A DNA stretch of 64,000 bases from Acidobacteriota bacterium (GTDB taxonomy: Bacteria; Acidobacteriota; Vicinamibacteria; Vicinamibacterales; SCN-69-37). This document shows positions 54,443-62,947 of this stretch, piece after piece. Positions within the stretch are counted from its first letter, which is position 1; each line of letters opens with the position of its first letter. The translations under genes were made by a program, and so were the position numbers. The stretch covers positions 1,163,603 through 1,227,602 of the forward strand of contig JADJUS010000004.1 in NCBI GenBank assembly GCA_016716905.1, given 5' to 3'. The notes beneath the pieces are model-generated. The model did not search any database. It was given only the letters and a program-made list of their open reading frames with translations, and had not been told where the DNA came from.

Positions 54443-57183
54443 CGCCGACCCCCCCACGCCTGGCCCGGTGGCTGCTTGAGCGCTTCACCATTGCCGCCGA
54501 CCGTGACGCGGTTCTTGGTGACCTGAACGAAGAGTTCGAAACGCGCGCCCAGGTGTCGCCGGCCGATGCCGCCCGGTGGTACCGGCGCCAGGCCATCCAA
54601 TCACTCGTGCCGGTGTTGCGCCGACGCTGGCCGGCCAGCATCTCTCCCACACCCTCAGGAGCCCTCATGGATTCGTTGTGGCAGGACGTCCGGTTTGCGT
54701 TTCGACTCTCGCGGCGCAAGCCGTTGGTCTCAGTGGTGGCGATTCTGTCGCTCGTCATCGGCATCGCACTGGCCACCGTCGTGTTTTCCATCCTGAACGC
54801 CGCAGTGCTCAGGCCGCTGCCGGTCTCGGCGCCCGACGATCTGGTGGTGGTGCTCGAGCAGCGCCCCACCAGCATCCAACACCAGATGTCGTATCCCGAC
54901 TACCTCGACATCCGCGCTGAACAGCGCGCGTTCGTGGACATCTTCGGGTGGAGCCCGCGGCAAATGGTGGCGACCGTGGGCAACGCCACCACCATCGTGG
55001 ACGCGGAGCTTGTCACCGGCGGCTACTTCACCACCCTCGGCGTGCGAACCATCTCCGGTCGTCCCATCGGTGACGATGACGATAAGCCGGGGCAGCCACC
55101 GGTGGCTGTGGTGAGCGAACGATTGTGGCGGGCGTGGGGGCGCTCCCTGCCGCTCGAATCCGGCGCGACCGTGGTCTTCAACAACGCGCCCTTCGCCATC
55201 GTGGGTATCGTGCCCAACACCTTTTCGGGAGTTGAGATCGGCCGCAGGGCAGACGTGTGGGTGCCTGTGGTGCAGCGAGCGATCGCCACTGGAAACCCGA
55301 CCGATGCGGCCATCTCGTCTCGACGCACGAGCTGGCTGACGGTGATGGGCCGACGGCGCCCCGGCACCAGCCACGCCGCGCTCACGAGCGACCTGATGCA
55401 AATCGAGCAAGGGCTGTATCCCAAGTGGGAACGCACCGAGCCGCGACGCCTCTATGCCGGACCTGGGTCTCACGGTGACTTCACCGTGCCTGAGTCGGTT
55501 GTCTCGACGCTGCAGGCGCTGTTGATAGCCACCTTCGTTGTGCTGCTTGTGGCGTGCGCCAATGTGGCGAACCTGCTGATGGCCCGGGCGGCCGATCGGA
55601 GTCGTGAACTGGCGCTCCGGCTGGCGCTGGGGGCGGGTCGATGGCGGTTGTTCCGTCTCATCGTGGCGGAAGCCGTGTTGTTGTGTGTGGGCAGTGCGAT
55701 CCTCGGTCTCGGGCTTGCCAGCGCAGGCGCCACCGCGGCCTCACGCCTGATGTTGCGGTTTGGCGAACCGGTCGCGCTTGATCTGTCGATCGACTGGCGA
55801 CTGGCGCTGTTTGTGTCGGGACTGGCGTTGGCCTCAGCGCTGCTGTCGAGTCTCGCGCCTGCGGTTCACGTGTTGCGATCCACCCGCCTGGCCGCGATGG
55901 CTGATGGTGGCCGCGGCGGCACGGCCACTCGCCTTGCCGGCCTCCTGCGATCGGGAATGCTCGTCGGTCAGTTCGCGCTCTCACTTGCGCTGGTCGTCTC
56001 AGCGCTGTTACTCGTCAGGACGGTGGGCAATCTCAGGAACGCGCCCACCGGTTTTGCCACGAATGAAGTGGCGCTGCTGGCCGTGGCGCCGGGCGCGGCG
56101 CAGTTCAGTGAGAGTCGCGCGGACGCGTACGTCACCGAAGGCATCGATCGGCTATCGGCGATCCCCGGCGTTCGGGCAGCGGCCTTCGCGCGCGTTCGCC
56201 CCGTCAACACGGGCGGCTCACGCATGACCATTCATGTGTCCGGCTATGCGCCGCAGCCCGACGAGGACATGGAGATCAACTACAACTCGGTGACCAGTGC
56301 GTACTTTGAAGCCATGGGCATTCGGTTGCTTGATGGCGCGGCGCTTCGCGCACGACCGGTCGCGGCTGCGGCGCCCGCCGCTTCCCAGGCGGCAGCGACG
56401 GCCGCAGGTCCTCAGGCTGCAGGCCCACCGGCTCCGCCGCCGTTGATCGAGGGTGTCGTCAACGAGACCATGGCCAGGCGCTACTGGCCCAACGCACGCG
56501 CGGTCGGCCAACGGTTCTACCTCGGCGACGACACCACGGGCCAGCCGGTTGAAGTGGTTGGAATGGTGGCCGATGCGAAATATCGCGAGGTGCGCGAGGA
56601 GCCGCGACCCAGTTTCTACGTGCACATGTCGCCCAGGCACGCGCTGGACGGTGTCTTTCACGTACGCGTCGCCGGGGCACTGTCAACCACGATGCCGGCG
56701 CTCAGGCGGGCGCTGGTGGATCTGGCGCCCTCCGTCCCCATCACCCAGACGCGCACCCTGCGCAATCAGATCGACGTGAACATCACGGACGATCGCCTGG
56801 CGATGACCATCGGCGCCGTGCTGGCGGGTGCGGCAATCTTCCTGGCCGGCGTCGGGCTCTTCAGCGCGATGGCACACATGGTGGGCCAGCGCACCAGGGA
56901 GATCGGCGTGCGCGTGGCTCTGGGCGCAACCGCGCTCGGCATTCAGGGGCTCGTGTTTCGCCAGGCCCTGTCGATCACCCTGCTTGGCGCGGCGATTGGA
57001 TTCGGACTGGCGATGTGGGCCACTTCTGTCACCGCGAGCCGACTCTACGGCGTTGACCGATTCGACGGGGCAAGCTTCGGCGGAGCCGCGCTGGTTCTGG
57101 CGGCGGTCGCCCTTGGGGCGGCGCTCATTCCAGCGCGACGCGCATCGCGCGTCGATCCTGTGGACGCGCTGCGACGCGACTAG
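54439..57183 (+). CDS. duplicated FtsX/MacB-type ABC transporter permease (acidobacterial duplicated orphan permease type)
   Basis: 914 aa. Two MacB_PCD-like periplasmic regions are each followed by FtsX helices (...ANVANLLMARAADRSRELALRLALGAG..., ...MVGQRTREIGVRVALGAT...). The pairing with PadR is typical of this family. Start trimmed from 54400 to the ATG at 54439. Confidence 0.88.
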   Translation: MTPTPPRLARWLLERFTIAADRDAVLGDLNEEFETRAQVSPADAARWYRRQAIQSLVPVLRRRWPASISPTPSGALMDSLWQDVRFAFRLSRRKPLVSVVAILSLVIGIALATVVFSILNAAVLRPLPVSAPDDLVVVLEQRPTSIQHQMSYPDYLDIRAEQRAFVDIFGWSPRQMVATVGNATTIVDAELVTGGYFTTLGVRTISGRPIGDDDDKPGQPPVAVVSERLWRAWGRSLPLESGATVVFNNAPFAIVGIVPNTFSGVEIGRRADVWVPVVQRAIATGNPTDAAISSRRTSWLTVMGRRRPGTSHAALTSDLMQIEQGLYPKWERTEPRRLYAGPGSHGDFTVPESVVSTLQALLIATFVVLLVACANVANLLMARAADRSRELALRLALGAGRWRLFRLIVAEAVLLCVGSAILGLGLASAGATAASRLMLRFGEPVALDLSIDWRLALFVSGLALASALLSSLAPAVHVLRSTRLAAMADGGRGGTATRLAGLLRSGMLVGQFALSLALVVSALLLVRTVGNLRNAPTGFATNEVALLAVAPGAAQFSESRADAYVTEGIDRLSAIPGVRAAAFARVRPVNTGGSRMTIHVSGYAPQPDEDMEINYNSVTSAYFEAMGIRLLDGAALRARPVAAAAPAASQAAATAAGPQAAGPPAPPPLIEGVVNETMARRYWPNARAVGQRFYLGDDTTGQPVEVVGMVADAKYREVREEPRPSFYVHMSPRHALDGVFHVRVAGALSTTMPALRRALVDLAPSVPITQTRTLRNQIDVNITDDRLAMTIGAVLAGAAIFLAGVGLFSAMAHMVGQRTREIGVRVALGATALGIQGLVFRQALSITLLGAAIGFGLAMWATSVTASRLYGVDRFDGASFGGAALVLAAVALGAALIPARRASRVDPVDALRRD

Positions 57184-57195
57184 GGCGCCGCGGGC

Positions 57196-57385
57196 GTAAT
57201 GGCGAAATGCATTTCGTAGCGCGGCGTGAACCTCAACGCCGCGATAAACGGCGGCCTTGAGACCCAGGCCGCCCTACGAGGACAGGCCGCCCTACGAGGA
57301 GGGCAGAGACATTCCTACATTCTTCCCTGCAATCGGTTTGTCCGACATTTCGCCATTTCGGACATTTGTGACATTTCGCCATTAC
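57196..57385 (-). mobile_element. MITE-like element, copy E, central part replaced by a REP-A composite unit
   Basis: gtaatggcgaaatg | catttcgtagcgcggcgtgaacc...ccctacgaggacaggccgccctacgagga | gggcagagacattcctacattcttccctgcaatcgg...cgccattac. Confidence 0.85.
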
Positions 57386-57399
57386 ACGCGGGAGCGCGC

Positions 57400-60114
57400 C
57401 TAGCGCCGTGCGAGAATGCGCTCCCGCACCATCGCCGCCACCGTTTGTTTCTCGCCGGCGATATCCACCGAAACCGCGTAGGTTCCAACGGCGAGCGGAC
57501 CACTGGCCGCAGCGCCACCTGGAGCGCCCCCGCGCCCAGCGCCGCCACCTCGACCGCCACCGCCTCCCGCCAGAGGGACGTTCACGCGATTGAGCCCGGC
57601 GCGCGTCGGGCCGGTCAGTTGCCGCACGGTGCGACCTGCCGCATCGGCCAAAGTGATCTGTGCCTGACCGGTGCCGGCCGCCGCGAGGTGATACTGCACG
57701 ACAAGCGCTTCCGGCTCATTAGGCACCTCGAGGTATTTGTCGCCGAAGAGGTGATAGTTCATCCCCTGCAGGCTGAATCCGTAGCGTGCTTTCGGCTCCA
57801 CGGCGAACAGATGGAATTTCTTCGCGAGCACGTCGGCGGACAGTTCCTGCAGCGGTGTGATGTCGCCCGCCCAGATCGCACGCCCGTAGGTGGCGATCAC
57901 CAGATCGTTCTCGCGAGGATGGACGGTCAGGTCGTGCACCGCCACGGTGGGGAGGTTGGCCTTCAGGCGCGTCCACTCACCGCCGCCATTGATCGAGACG
58001 TATACGCCGATGTCGTTGCCGACGATGAGCAGGTTCGCGTTTTTGCGATCCTGCACCACTACGTTGATCGGAGACGCGGGCAGGTTGCCGCTGACAGACG
58101 TCCACGTCTTGCCCAAGTCCGTCGTCTTGTACAAGAACGGCCGGAAGTCGTCGTTGCGAAAGCCGCTCTTCGACACAAACGCCGTGGCCGCATCGTGTGA
58201 CGACGCGTAGACGCGGCTGACCCAGCGATCCACCGGCGCGCCCACTGCGGTCAGCGCGGGCGTGAGATCCGTCCACGCTCCACCGTGATTCTGCGACACG
58301 TGCACTTTGCCGTCGTCGGTTCCGACCCAGAGGACGCCCGCCTTCAGCGGCGACTCGGAGATCGACGTGATCGTGCAGTACGGCACGTTGAGGCCGATCT
58401 TCGCCGGGTCGTTGGTCGTCAGGTCGGGACTGATCTCTTCCCATGTGTCGCCGCGGTTCAACGAGCGGAACAGCACCTGTGCGCCCGCGTACAGAATCTG
58501 CGGGTTGTGCGGCGAGAGCGCGATCGGCGCAATCCAGTTGTAGCGCAACCGCGGCGCACTCGCATCACGCCGGGGTCGGATGTCGGTGCGGACGCCGGTC
58601 AACTGGTCCATACGTCCAAGCTGGTTCAGCTCGCGCGTGTTGTAAACCCAGCGGCTGTCGGTGGGGTCGATGACGTTATACATGCCGTCACCGGGGCCCA
58701 CGGTCGTCCAGTGCTCCAGCGTGATGCGCCCGGTCGTGCTGTTGCTGGGGCCCTTCCACGAGTCGTGATCCTGGAAGCCGGCATAGACGTTGTACGGGTC
58801 GTCCATATCCACGCCCAGCGCGTATGCCTCGCCGATCCCCAGGTTCGGGAAGTAGTCGGACGTGCGGCCGCCGTCATACGACACATTCACGCCGCCGTCG
58901 CTGCCCAGCATGATGCGCTGCTCATCCAGCGGATCCCACCACATGCTGCGGAAGTCGCCGAAGACGCCGCGGAAAAAATTGCTGTCCCACGTCTTGCCGC
59001 CGTCTCGTGAGATGTACATCGAGTCGCTGGTGACGATGACCGTCTGGTCGTTGTGCGGATTGATGCGCACCTGGTTGAACGAATACGGCGCTTTGCCGCC
59101 CGCGACGTTGACGTCGGTGACGCTTCGCCACGTCACGCCGGCGTCATCGCTGCGATAGAGCTGGTTACCGATGATGCCGCTCGCGAGTGGGCTCGTCGGA
59201 TTCGCGCCACCTACGCGACCTGCTGCACCTGGGGCTGGGTTCTGATTCTCCAGCAACGCGTACAACACGCGCGGGTTGCGCTGATAGATGTCGATGCCGA
59301 TGCGGCCAATCTTCCCTGTCGGCAGTCCGCCGGCCAGTCGCGTCCACTTCGTGCCGCCATCAGTGGTCTTGTAGATGCCGCTCTCAGGGCCGCTCTCGAT
59401 GATCTGCCACGGCTTGCGGTCTTTCTCATACATCGCCGCGTACAACACGGTGGGCGTCTGACGGTTGATCACGATGTCGATCGCGGCCACACCGTCGTTG
59501 ATGTAGAGCACCTTGTCCCAGGTCTTGCCGCCATCCATCGTCCTGAACACGCCGCGTTCTTCGTTGCGTGAAAAGAGATGGCCGATCGCCGCCACATACA
59601 CGACGTCCGGATTTTTCGGATGAATGACGATGCGGGCGATGTGGTGGGAGTCGGGCAGGCCCATGAACTGCCAGGTGGCGCCGGCGTCCACAGATTTGAA
59701 GACGCCCTTACCGGAGTAGGAGGAACGCGCCACGTCCTGAGCGCCCGTGCCCATCCAGACCACGTTGGGGTTGGATGGGGCGATGGTGACTGCGCCCACG
59801 GCGGCCGCGTCCACGCTGTCGGAGATGGCATTCCAGGTGATGCCGTTGTTGGTGGTCTTCCAGAGGCCGCCACTGCGGGTGGCGGCGTAAATTGTGTAGA
59901 GCTGGTCGCGGCCGGTGGTCTCGGGCACGGCAATTTCGGTGACCCACGCCGACGAGCGAAACGGGCCGAGGTTACGGAAGGTGAGCGCATTGGCCACCGC
60001 CTCAACGCCGGCAGCCGACTGCGCCTGCAGTGGGGTGGAGGGAATCAGAGCAGCAACGTTGAACAGCACCAAGCCGGCTGCAAGAACGGAAATACGGGAG
60101 ATACGAGACGTCAT
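57400..60114 (-). CDS. secreted BNR/sortilin (VPS10)-type beta-propeller repeat protein (glycosidase-like)
   Basis: Signal peptide MTSRISRISVLAAGLVLFNVAALIPS. Many SxDxGxTW repeats are present (SVDAGATW, TMDGGKTW, TTDGGTKW, SDDAGVTW, SRDGGKTW, TTDLGKTW). The tail is Gly-rich. Start trimmed from 60186 to the ATG at 60112-60114. Confidence 0.85.
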   Translation of the reverse strand: MTSRISRISVLAAGLVLFNVAALIPSTPLQAQSAAGVEAVANALTFRNLGPFRSSAWVTEIAVPETTGRDQLYTIYAATRSGGLWKTTNNGITWNAISDSVDAAAVGAVTIAPSNPNVVWMGTGAQDVARSSYSGKGVFKSVDAGATWQFMGLPDSHHIARIVIHPKNPDVVYVAAIGHLFSRNEERGVFRTMDGGKTWDKVLYINDGVAAIDIVINRQTPTVLYAAMYEKDRKPWQIIESGPESGIYKTTDGGTKWTRLAGGLPTGKIGRIGIDIYQRNPRVLYALLENQNPAPGAAGRVGGANPTSPLASGIIGNQLYRSDDAGVTWRSVTDVNVAGGKAPYSFNQVRINPHNDQTVIVTSDSMYISRDGGKTWDSNFFRGVFGDFRSMWWDPLDEQRIMLGSDGGVNVSYDGGRTSDYFPNLGIGEAYALGVDMDDPYNVYAGFQDHDSWKGPSNSTTGRITLEHWTTVGPGDGMYNVIDPTDSRWVYNTRELNQLGRMDQLTGVRTDIRPRRDASAPRLRYNWIAPIALSPHNPQILYAGAQVLFRSLNRGDTWEEISPDLTTNDPAKIGLNVPYCTITSISESPLKAGVLWVGTDDGKVHVSQNHGGAWTDLTPALTAVGAPVDRWVSRVYASSHDAATAFVSKSGFRNDDFRPFLYKTTDLGKTWTSVSGNLPASPINVVVQDRKNANLLIVGNDIGVYVSINGGGEWTRLKANLPTVAVHDLTVHPRENDLVIATYGRAIWAGDITPLQELSADVLAKKFHLFAVEPKARYGFSLQGMNYHLFGDKYLEVPNEPEALVVQYHLAAAGTGQAQITLADAAGRTVRQLTGPTRAGLNRVNVPLAGGGGGRGGGAGRGGAPGGAAASGPLAVGTYAVSVDIAGEKQTVAAMVRERILARR

Positions 60115-60191
60115 GTGGACCCTCCGGAACGGGGCAATTGTACTTGCGCCGCGGGTGGAAGCACTGTGGGAGATTTCCGCTACCACCGCGG

Positions 60192-60345
60192 GATTTCGCC
60201 CGTAGTTCCGCGGCCTTGAGACCCAGGCCGCGCTACGAAATGCGCGTCACTCGTAGTTCCGCGGCCTGGGTCCGTCCTCGTAGGGCGGCCTGGGTCTCAA
60301 GGCCGCCGTGTGCCGCGGCGTTGAGATTCACGCCGCGCTACGTTA
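60192..60345. repeat. REP-A cluster (three units, last one the ~70-nt composite)
   Basis: ...ccgcggccttgagacccaggccgcgctacgaaatg...cctcgtagggcggcctgggtctcaaggccgccgtgtgccgcggcgttgagattcacgccgcgctacg. Confidence 0.85.
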
Positions 60346-60389
60346 GGAGGACCTGTCGGCACAGGGTGTGCAAGAGAACCCGACGCCGA

Positions 60390-61622
60390 ATGCTCACCCT
60401 GGCCACATTGCGCGAGAACTCTGCGCTTCTGAAGCTCGACCTGTACTGCAAGGGCGCGCGCCTGGACGAGTCGTGTCTGGACGGCGAGGGCACCGGTCGC
60501 GGGCTGCTGAGGACGCGGGCAGGCCTCGGGTCGGGCCTTGAAGTGGTGTTGCCAGGGGGATTCTGGACCAACGTGCCGGTGCTGGAGGCCTTCGCCCAGC
60601 GGTCGCCCTATGTCATTCGCCGCGAGGCCGGCGGCCTCACGCTTTATCGCAATGACGAGGCGGTCACGTCCCTCACGTTGTCGCCCAGGCCGGCGTGGTA
60701 CGACGCCAAGACCCGATCCGGCAAACCGATGACGCGCGTCGGCACCCTTCAGGGCACCTACCTCGGTGTGTATCCCGCGAAGGTCTGTGACTACTGGGTG
60801 GCCGAACCCACGAAGACCAATTGTCACTTCTGTTCGGTGGGGCTGAACCTCGGGGTAGACGACGCGTCGGAGAAGTCCGTGGAGGAAGTGCTGGAGGTGG
60901 TGCGCGCGGCGCGCAATGAATCCGGCATCACGTACGTGGACTTCAATACCGGGCACTACGAGGGCGACACCTACCTCGATATTCTGGAGCCCTACCTTCG
61001 GCGCATCAAGAAAGAGACGGGCCTGCTCGTGGGCGTGCAGACGCCGCCGCATCACGATTTGTCCCGCTACGATCGCCTGCGCGCGATGGGCGTGAATCGC
61101 GTGTCGTTTTGTTTCGAGATTTTTGACCGGGACGTGTTTCGCGACGTGTGCCCAGGCAAAGACGCGCAGTATGGACTGGATCGCTACCTGGATGCCATCC
61201 GGTATTGCGCCCGGCTGGGAGCCCAGGGACCGGCGTCTGAGCCGTGGGTCACCAATGGCGAGATCATCGCGGGGCTCGAGCCGCCGGAGTCATCCATCGC
61301 AGCCATCAACTGGATCACGGCCGCCGGCGCCATTCCCACGGTGTGTGTCTTCCGCCCGCTGCGCGGCACCGACTACGAAGACCGCGAGCCGCCCGACACC
61401 GAGAGCCTCATCCCCGTGTTCCGCCGGCTCTACGAGGCGTGTATGGAGGCAGGCTTGCCCATTGGCTGCGCGCCCGACGTCCATGTCTCGCTCGTGCTGT
61501 TGCCCGAGGAGTGCGAGTCACTGTCCACACGTCAGTTCCGGTGGCACCGGATGAAACTCGCCGTCATGAAACGCGTCTTCGCCGCCCAGTTCGCGCGCCG
61601 CCTCCGGCGCCACGCGGTGTAG
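60390..61622 (+). CDS. radical-SAM-like protein with non-canonical C-x11-C-x2-C cysteine cluster
   Basis: 410 aa. ...VYPAKVCDYWVAEPTKTNCHFCSVGLNLG... (Cys codons at 60786, 60822, 60831). A TIM-barrel-like alternation follows (GITYVDFNTG, LLVGVQTPP, VNRVSFCFEIFD). Start trimmed from 60138 (which reads through REP units) to the ATG at 60390. The family assignment is from memory and tentative. Confidence 0.6.
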   Translation: MLTLATLRENSALLKLDLYCKGARLDESCLDGEGTGRGLLRTRAGLGSGLEVVLPGGFWTNVPVLEAFAQRSPYVIRREAGGLTLYRNDEAVTSLTLSPRPAWYDAKTRSGKPMTRVGTLQGTYLGVYPAKVCDYWVAEPTKTNCHFCSVGLNLGVDDASEKSVEEVLEVVRAARNESGITYVDFNTGHYEGDTYLDILEPYLRRIKKETGLLVGVQTPPHHDLSRYDRLRAMGVNRVSFCFEIFDRDVFRDVCPGKDAQYGLDRYLDAIRYCARLGAQGPASEPWVTNGEIIAGLEPPESSIAAINWITAAGAIPTVCVFRPLRGTDYEDREPPDTESLIPVFRRLYEACMEAGLPIGCAPDVHVSLVLLPEECESLSTRQFRWHRMKLAVMKRVFAAQFARRLRRHAV

Positions 61623-61635
61623 CCAGGGTGTCAGT

Positions 61636-61706
61636 CCTCGTAGGGCGGCCTGAATCTCAAGGCCGCCGAAGGGCCGCGGCGTTGAAGTGCACGCCGCGCT
61701 ACGAAG
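61636..61706 (-). repeat. REP-A composite double-hairpin unit (inverted orientation)
   Basis: cctcgtagggcggcctgaatctcaaggccgccgaagggccgcggcgttgaagtgcacgccgcgctacgaag. Confidence 0.88.
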
Positions 61707-61715
61707 ACCGGAACT

Positions 61716-61750
61716 CTGGACCCTGGACCCTGGACTCTGGACCCTGGACT
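61716..61750. repeat. 7-bp microsatellite (CTGGACY) x5 overlapping the stop codon of the PP2C gene
   Basis: ctggacc ctggacc ctggact ctggacc ctggact. Same unit as 1826-1858. Confidence 0.9.
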
Positions 61751-62915
61751 AGTGCGCGTTGCGCATGAGCACGAGCACCGTCTGGTCGTCGATCTGGGGC
61801 CCGTGTTTCTCGCACGCTTCAAACACGGCGGTCTCGATCGCCTCGAGCGATCCCGACGCGGCGGCCGTCGTCACGGCCGCCTTCAGACCATCCAGTCCCA
61901 GCTCGCGGTCCTGCCGGTCGAACACCTCAAGCAGGCCGTCCGTCACGATGACCAGGACGTCGCCGTGAGCCAGCACCAGCTCGTGGCTCCGGTAGACCGT
62001 GTCGTCGAGCAGTGCGAGCGCCAGTTGTGATTGGCCGACCCAGACAGACGTGCCAGTGGCGCGCGAGTAGTGCAGCATCGGCGGATGACCGGCCAGCAGG
62101 TACGCGAGGCGCCCCGGCGCCGTCTGCTGAATGCACGCGGCCGTGATGAACATGTGGGGCTGCCGCAACGGGCTGATGACCCGGTTGATGTGCGTCACCA
62201 CCTCGCCGACTTCGCGCCCATCGTCGAGCGCCGAGCGGAACGCGGTCTTGAACATGCCCATGAGCACGCCGGCGGCCACTCCGTGTCCGCTGACGTCGGC
62301 CACGGTGGCAAACCATCCGTGCCGGGCATCCACTTCGTCCACCAGATCGCCGCCCACGTCGCCGCTTGGACGAGAACGCCCGACCCACGTGATGTCGCCA
62401 TTGCGGCCCGCAAGACGCGGCACGAGCGCGGTGTGAATATCGCGCGCCAGTCGAATCTCGGCGTGGGCGCCCGAGAAGCGCAGTCCTTCACGGCGGATGA
62501 GATAAAAGAATGACGAATACGCGCCCATGAGGCTCGTCACCGTCAGGCCTGCAAGAATCGTCAGCCGTGTTTTCAGGGCCTCAAGCCCGCCTGCGTCGAG
62601 TGCCGTCGGGGCGGGGTCCGTCACCGTGACCGTGAGGTTGAGCAGGTACGTCACTCCGAGCTGCACCGCGACAGGAATTGGAAACCAGCGGGGGTAGTTG
62701 ATGATGGTCCAGGCGTAGGTCACGGCGATCCCGCCAGAGAACAGCGTCATGGTCACCACCACCCACCAGGGACCCACATTGAGGGTGACCGATTCCTGCA
62801 AGAGCCCGATCGGCGCGAAGCAGAAGAAGATGCCCGCATAAAAGGCGACTTTCGCGCCTGTGGGCATCGTGCGGAAAAACTGGGCGATGAGTCGTTTACG
62901 TCGTTCGGCTGACAT
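61749..62915 (-). CDS. membrane-anchored PP2C-family (SpoIIE-type) serine/threonine phosphatase
   Basis: About 5 N-terminal TM helices, then SGDVGGDLVD, ATVADVSGHGVAAGVLMGMFK, LLAGHPPML and VLVIVTDGLLE. Confidence 0.86.
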   Translation of the reverse strand: MSAERRKRLIAQFFRTMPTGAKVAFYAGIFFCFAPIGLLQESVTLNVGPWWVVVTMTLFSGGIAVTYAWTIINYPRWFPIPVAVQLGVTYLLNLTVTVTDPAPTALDAGGLEALKTRLTILAGLTVTSLMGAYSSFFYLIRREGLRFSGAHAEIRLARDIHTALVPRLAGRNGDITWVGRSRPSGDVGGDLVDEVDARHGWFATVADVSGHGVAAGVLMGMFKTAFRSALDDGREVGEVVTHINRVISPLRQPHMFITAACIQQTAPGRLAYLLAGHPPMLHYSRATGTSVWVGQSQLALALLDDTVYRSHELVLAHGDVLVIVTDGLLEVFDRQDRELGLDGLKAAVTTAAASGSLEAIETAVFEACEKHGPQIDDQTVLVLMRNAH

Positions 62916-62947
62916 CGGGGCGAACCAAGTCTACAATCGCCCCTGTC

